A DNA stretch of 64,000 bases, from NCBI GenBank assembly GCA_964057225.1, contig OZ059898.1, positions 12,772,001-12,836,000 of the forward strand, read 5' to 3'. The notes below the pieces were generated by a model that saw only the letters and a program-made list of their open reading frames with translations, ran no database searches and was not told where the DNA came from. Below, one piece after another: positions 51,760 through 64,000 of the stretch (its first letter is position 1; each line of letters begins with the position of its first letter). Position numbers and translations under genes: made by a program. Origin of the DNA: Auanema rhodensis (lineage: Eukaryota > Animalia > Nematoda).

Positions 51760-54116
51760 CTACAATCGAATTCTCATCTGAGCTGTAGCGCATAGTAGCT
51801 CCTCATACGGTCGATGATTGTCGACTAATCGGATAACCAATTGATAAGCAATCTATAATACCGTAATACTAACATTTATTTATAAATTTTGAAAGACTTC
51901 TCGTCTTTAAAACATACCATATCATCGTGAATCATTCGAAAGAGTCTGGTAAAGAGTCGAGTAGGATCAATCGCAAATTCTATTACCTAGAAAGTGAAAT
52001 TTTTTTCAAAAATAATTAAAATTATTTTTAATTCTTAAATTAATCTATGAAATCATAACAATTTCTCAAATCATAAGCTTTACAACTGAACTGAAAAAGA
52101 ACATCACTCAACTACCAATCATGATGTATTAATAGCCAATGAAAAATTACGAATATTTCGAATTTTTACTTACACAGAGCAGAAAAGAAATTTCAACTCA
52201 AAGTTTTTATATAATTCTTGGAACTTTTATTCAACTTTCTCTCAAAATTTGAACGTTATTAAATCAAAGTATTGAAAACAGCCGATTACGGTATAGGTTG
52301 ATATATGATGATTCCGCATACGAGTCCGTTAATCAGAGATTACAAACAGATATGTTTCAAGTTTTAGATGTGATATATCTTCTTCTAACTATACATACCT
52401 TATATGCACTTTCATTCTAACTAGTTAATTTCTTTTCTATAGTTTTTAAAGATTGATATGAAAAACCTGTCTTCCAGGAGAAATGGGGCAGGACGGGTTG
52501 TCATCGCACATATCAGAATTACTTCTAAAACGAAAAGAAATGAATAGAGTCAGCATGATTTGTTTTATAAGCATTTTTATCACCATAAACAAGAAAAATG
52601 ACCATGTTTTATTTGTTTTTCTGTTTGTACTGTTACTTTCAGGAGCAAAAAGTGTTGCCTTTTCAACAGTTAAATACTTACAGTTGGCCAAAGCTAGGAA
52701 GGAACATCCAGCCACAACCAAACCAGCTAGAAGTTCGCTTGTATAAGGATACATCAATTCCAATATTATCGAATCTAAAGATTGGAATAAGAATAACTAT
52801 ATGATACACATATTACTACCGTCTTTTAGATTCACTTGTAACATCTAGGAAGACACGTATTGGTTCACTGAAACCTATGGGATAGCTATCATCTCCAGTC
52901 AGATTTGTTATAGCTCCTCCATGTAAGGTCAAAACTGTGTCTGAAATGAAATAAGATATGAAGAATCTTTTCTAATTCTAAAGCCATGGTATGCATTGAA
53001 GCCGATAGCGTCATGAGTTCTTTTGCTTTTATTCACCCACGATTCGCGTCCGTGAAGATGGGTGGATGCTCAACAAAGGTTATATTCTTGAGAGAATGAC
53101 TGAGAAAAAAGGATTTTGAGATGAAATAAGTGAATGCTTGACGCCAAGTTTGATCAGTACTCAAGTCTCCACTTTTTACACAGATCCAATGTCTCTTGTT
53201 CTTTTTTGAACATTTTTTTCGAATCTTAAACTATGTCCGAGCTCGAACTCGTTACTTCCCTCTAACGATATGAGAGGCTCGAAATCCACTTCATCACACA
53301 GAGATGGGAGTATTTCATGCAGAATTGAACTGGAATAGTCTCTTTTTCTTTAAATTTCTCTAACAATTGTTATGAATTGCACAATTTCTTGACATTCAGC
53401 TAGATTTCTAATCGTTTCTCTGCGTATGGATAGACTGACTGATGGCAAACCTATTGTTGCCGTGCAAGACGCCTCCAGCTGAACAGGAACATTGTTCTCT
53501 GTCAACAGAACCGGAGTGTGAAGGACAAATATTCAGATGTAACATTAGGGAAGAAATGAATCAACTGACCAGAAGCCAATTGAACAAGTCTTTTGCTTGA
53601 TTCATGGTTACAAGCTCAAGTTGCTTAATCATATGTTTTGTTTGATCTCTTTTCAGATTCTCAAAGAACAGGCTGAGAAGGAACAAAGAGTTTTAAAACA
53701 GAATTACATAGAAAAGTGCAGTCAATTTTACCTTCGGAACATTGATAGAATGCAGGCCTAGATTTCGTTTTGTTAGGTAGAGCCTCACATTCATCATCAA
53801 TCAGCTCAATTGAATCAACAAGATCTGATTCCATTGGAGAATTCAGATATGCTTGGGCTGCTCCTAAAATTTACTGTAAAACCAAAATATTTCAATATAA
53901 TTTTACAAACCAGCATCAAGGCTATCTTCTATAGAAGGCATAGGATGTTTCTGCATTCTGAATTGTGCCGGAATCTGGAATATAGTAGAGTAGATGAATC
54001 AGGAATATCAGTAATTTAACCTCTTGATATGGGGCAGGTTTAGCACCAGGCGCAAGATAATGAGGCAGATAAGCTGTAACAGCTAAGATCGAAGTTAGAA
54101 GCACAGACCAAAACAT
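51760..54116 (-). CDS. Secreted ML/GM2-activator-like lipid-binding domain protein (nematode family)
   Basis: Signal peptide MFWSVLLTSILAVTA. Spliced core CEALPNKT..PAFYQC..D-TVLTLHGGAIT...YPIGFSEPIRVFLDV...FGCGWMFLPSFGQLSNSDMCDDNPSCPISPGRQ...YQLVIRLVD...LLCATAQMRIRL* has the Cys pattern I recall for the nematode ML-like family. TATA on the minus strand at ~54313-54319. Confidence 0.75.
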
Positions 54117-55277
54117 CTAAAAACGTACTTGTATACCGGAGAAATCTACAAATACAAATACTAACATCAAAGACTCTTCAAACGAAAAATGAAAAAGAAC
54201 CGACACAATAACAAGTAGAAAGCAATCGGTCAGCGTTGAGCTTCACCTCCAGTCTGTGTACAGAACAAAATTGAAGAAAAGAGAGAAGACTGGTTAATAT
54301 TGCTAGCTTCTCTTATATAGAGCCTAAAGGGGCAGGGCTGGTGCTCTCCGTCTTCTTCACAGTCTGGAGAGCCAGCACCACGAACCTACTACGACCTCAA
54401 TGAAAGTGACGAATCGGAAGAAAGAGAGTACTAAGAAATAAGAGAGCGAAACACACAATAGAGCTACAAATCTGCTTGAAGCATCGAATCCCCGAATTAG
54501 AAATAAGAGATGATATCTAAAAGAAGAGTTATTTGAAGATGTTTTCTATTTGAATTGTTCGCAAATTATTTATTTCTTGATAAGCCGACCTTCACAACTA
54601 GTGGAACATAGTAACATAACAGTAAATGTCAAAAATGGCCAAGGTAACATAACACAAAAATCAAGAAATGAGCATTATATTTCAGGGAATTTGCAACAAA
54701 ACATTTATGAACGTGCATGAAAAGGGTATCGAACCCAAACTTACCAAACCTCAAGAGAAGTCACTGAGGGATTTCCACAAGACAAGTTCATGCGCAGCTA
54801 ACCAGAGCTTAGAAATGGTGATGTTGGAGCATCATTTCATGCAAAAGTGAGTACATAATTAGAGAAGAACAAAAGAACAGAATTTGAGTTCCTAGGGAAA
54901 ATATTATTAAAAGAAATATTATTATTGCATTGAGAGAAAGAGATACAATATTCAGTTGAATTCCGAAAGGGTTAAACACTAAACGGGAGAAATCAGAACT
55001 AAAATATAGTTAACAAGTTAAAAAGGAGAAAATATTGAGTTGTGAATTTTGCACTGTACAGAGTCCACACTCTCATTTTTCATTTGCGCCTGTTCAAATA
55101 ATTCAGGGAATATGAGTAATAGACAACGATGTACCAAAAAAGAGCTACTTATTAATTCTTTTGAATGGTACACCCCATATATTACAGGAAACTTCAAAAT
55201 CAACAAAATACCGAAGCAAAAACTGAATTCGGTTAAAAAAAGTCCAACAAAATCATGTTACTATAGAAGTAGCATGA

Positions 55278-61536
<6,259 letters not shown>

Positions 61537-62549
61537 TGTTCTGAAAAAATATATCAGTTGATAATATAGTTGAGAAGGCAACCGTTCAACACGAAAGAGC
61601 GAATGTACAATGACAAAGATTGTGAGATGATTCAGTATTGCAGGGACAACCCCCTTGTCAACGGACGTTCGAAAAATGATAAAATACGTACAAATCTTCA
61701 TCTACCTGTTGTGCATTTTTCATAGCACGCGTGAGGGCTTAAAATTTTGAATTTTTTCAATAGTTTTATCGCATTTTAATTAGAAACTTTGATAATAAGC
61801 TTAAATATTTTTTTAAATAATATTAAGGTTCAAGTTTTATCACGGATAGTAACCATTGCGTACTTTAGTTCACACGCTTTCATTGTATACCAGGCGTTTG
61901 AATAATTCCTCTTCTACTTTTACGAATTTGCATACTTTTTTAACTTTTTTATTAGTATCTAAGATTTTTTTTAACATGAATATAGATTATACATTTCATT
62001 TTACATTCCAAAACTTTTTTTCTTAGCTCCTCACTGTGAAATTGGCGTTTTATTCCACTTAGCTTTTACTATTTTTACCCACGCCAAGTGAATTACACTC
62101 ATAATTATGGTTACATTTCTGTAATAATTCCAAAATTGACTTTGTACTCATTTTTTTTGATTGTTTCTTCTTTGCTTCATAATTTCCTAGTCTGATAAAA
62201 TTATTTTATCCAAATATTTCAGCTACGCTTCCATAGGCATAACATATTCAATTTATGACCATTTTTGCTTTCCGTGGTATAATATTCATCAACCAAAATT
62301 TTCCCCTGTTTAGCTATTTTATTATTCATCAAAATCGGTTTTTATTACCTCTGAAAAGTTGCTCCACTATTTTTTATTTAATCTTTTTTTCTGTTTAAGT
62401 TACACATGGCTCATGAACGACGGCGGAAAATCGTCAGTTCTGACTCTGAAGATGAATTTTACAACAACAAATATAAAAATCCTCGGTATTCCAAAGGTGT
62501 TGTTTCTTCTAATTATTAATTTTTCAGATATAATTCTCCCAGAGCTTTA

Positions 62550-64000
62550 ATGTCTTCTAGAAAAAGGAATGCGGAATCTCGAGATGAACGTGCCAAGCGG
62601 CGAAATTTGTATCGTGAAGAACGAGAGAAGTATTCTGGGTTTCAATTCTTAAATTTACTTATGATTCATGTTTTAGAGAAAGAGAGAGGGATTACTCTCG
62701 TGGTAGTAGGCGACGGAAAGACAAAGATCGACAGAGTAAAGATAGGACACATAGCTCTAAGAAATCAACAGTAACACATAAAAAGGATGTAAAACGAAAA
62801 GCGTGGAGCACCGAAATGGTAAGTCAATTTGTTTTAAACCGTAGAGAAACTGGGAGATAATACGTGAGCCTATCCCTGGCACAGCTCATTTGCTCGAGAA
62901 GAAGGAGAAGAAGCAGCAGCAGAGTTGTAAAGTGAAGCTCCTTCCTGCCGGCGGTGGGCGGATGGGATGCGCGCCTGTCTTCCCGCGGGCGACTATAGCC
63001 TCTTTGCGAAGTGCTGCTCTGGACTGATTTCAGTTATTCAGTATTCTTTCTCCATCGGCTTATCACTACCCAACGGTGGTTGGACCACCACACATTCCGC
63101 AGCTTCTCCCTATACAGACGCCTGCTGACCTGTCTAGGTCTCCTGACGGTAGAAGCGGGTTATTCGAATCACCGTACTCTCCGATTTCATCGGAAGCTTC
63201 TACAAGACATAACTCTGTATTTTTGTCACCGACACCTGTACGTCGACGCTATATATCACACCGTCTACCCCAACGGGGAGTTCTGGAGAGTGGACCTCAG
63301 AAGCAAAACGCAGCATTCGTGAGTAACGGTTCAACAGCGATGCTTCGCAAGGTCGATGGATCGCCCTTAGCACTGCGAAGGATGCCCCTAGTTGTGATTC
63401 CTCGTAAAAGGAAGTACAAAAACTTTGTTAGCCGAAGACGAAACAATCAGATGCTTGCGAGTCTTCGTAAATGCTCTTCAGATCCTAATGTGTACAGGAG
63501 TTACAATAGCTGGAAGAACCTATCGCAGCCGTTCAACTCTACCCAAGATTCACAACCTAATCAGAAGACAACTTCAACCAGATCTGATGTCTCCCAAGTT
63601 CCATTGGAAGTCGCCTCCACTGCTGTTCCAGCTGCTACCGCCGCTGTTACTGGCCCGGGGCCCTCGAGCGGACAACCGAAATCTAGCGTTACAAAGCAGA
63701 TCTCAGGTAAACTAACCGAGCTCAAGAAAAGTGAGGCAGTCCGGGCTTCTCTGAAAATTCCTATTAAAGCTGCTCAAGCTCGTTCTCCTGGTGGTGATTC
63801 TTCAATCTCAACAACTTCTGAAAATACTACTTCTCTACCTACTAGTAATCGAACTAATAGTACTAAAATTACTGCTACTCAATCATCTCCTGTTACTAAA
63901 CCACCGTCTCCCATGACTAGAACTCCCTCTGTCGATACTTCTTCTAATAAATTTGCACCTAAACCTCCTTTATCTAAACAATATTCTCTGCAAAAACCTT
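62550..64000 (+). CDS. 5' part of a large protein: Arg/Lys-rich N-terminus, then a long Ser/Thr/Pro-rich exon running off the window
   Basis: Exons 62550-62638, ~62677-62818 and 63034->64000 (open to the window end). Includes the conserved-looking block IPRKRKYKNFVSRRRNNQMLASLRKCSSDPNVYRSYNSWK; family not recognised. Confidence 0.7.

Noticed and set aside
54330-54390. Hairpin with miR-49/miR-29-like seed AGCACCA
   Set aside because: Two competing short foldings give no continuous ~22-bp duplex; it lies in the ML-gene promoter.

Overview
AT-rich eukaryotic DNA with the hallmarks of a rhabditid-type nematode: many ~40-60 nt GT-AG introns with TTTCAG/TTTTAG acceptors, abundant (GA/CT)n microsatellites, and nematode-type gene families. 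Manual splicing supports about 15 multi-exon or small genes, most of which the ORF track fragments or misses. These are an FkbM-like (Methyltransf_21) membrane methyltransferase, a dhs-3/RDH10-type SDR, a C-type lectin, an EGF-repeat single-pass membrane protein with very large introns, a 2-TM and a 4-TM membrane protein, a TBL1/ebi (LisH+WD40) homolog, a low-complexity protein, an 83-aa single-coding-exon ORF, an ML/GM2A-like lipid-binding protein, an ABCC4/MRP4-type ABC transporter, the 5' part of a large Ser/Thr/Pro-rich protein, and three small orphan spliced ORFs. I saw no rRNA, intact tRNA, intact transposase or CRISPR. The most notable unexplained structures are (1) a dispersed family of clustered TTCACGTGAA-type palindromes with 9-13 bp spacing, including an identical 19-mer 19 kb apart, and (2) four perfect CRE sites (TGACGTCA) in ~2 kb of a 7-kb gene-poor region upstream of a TATA box and the 83-aa micro-ORF. 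All gene models are hand-built without homology searches or RNA data.
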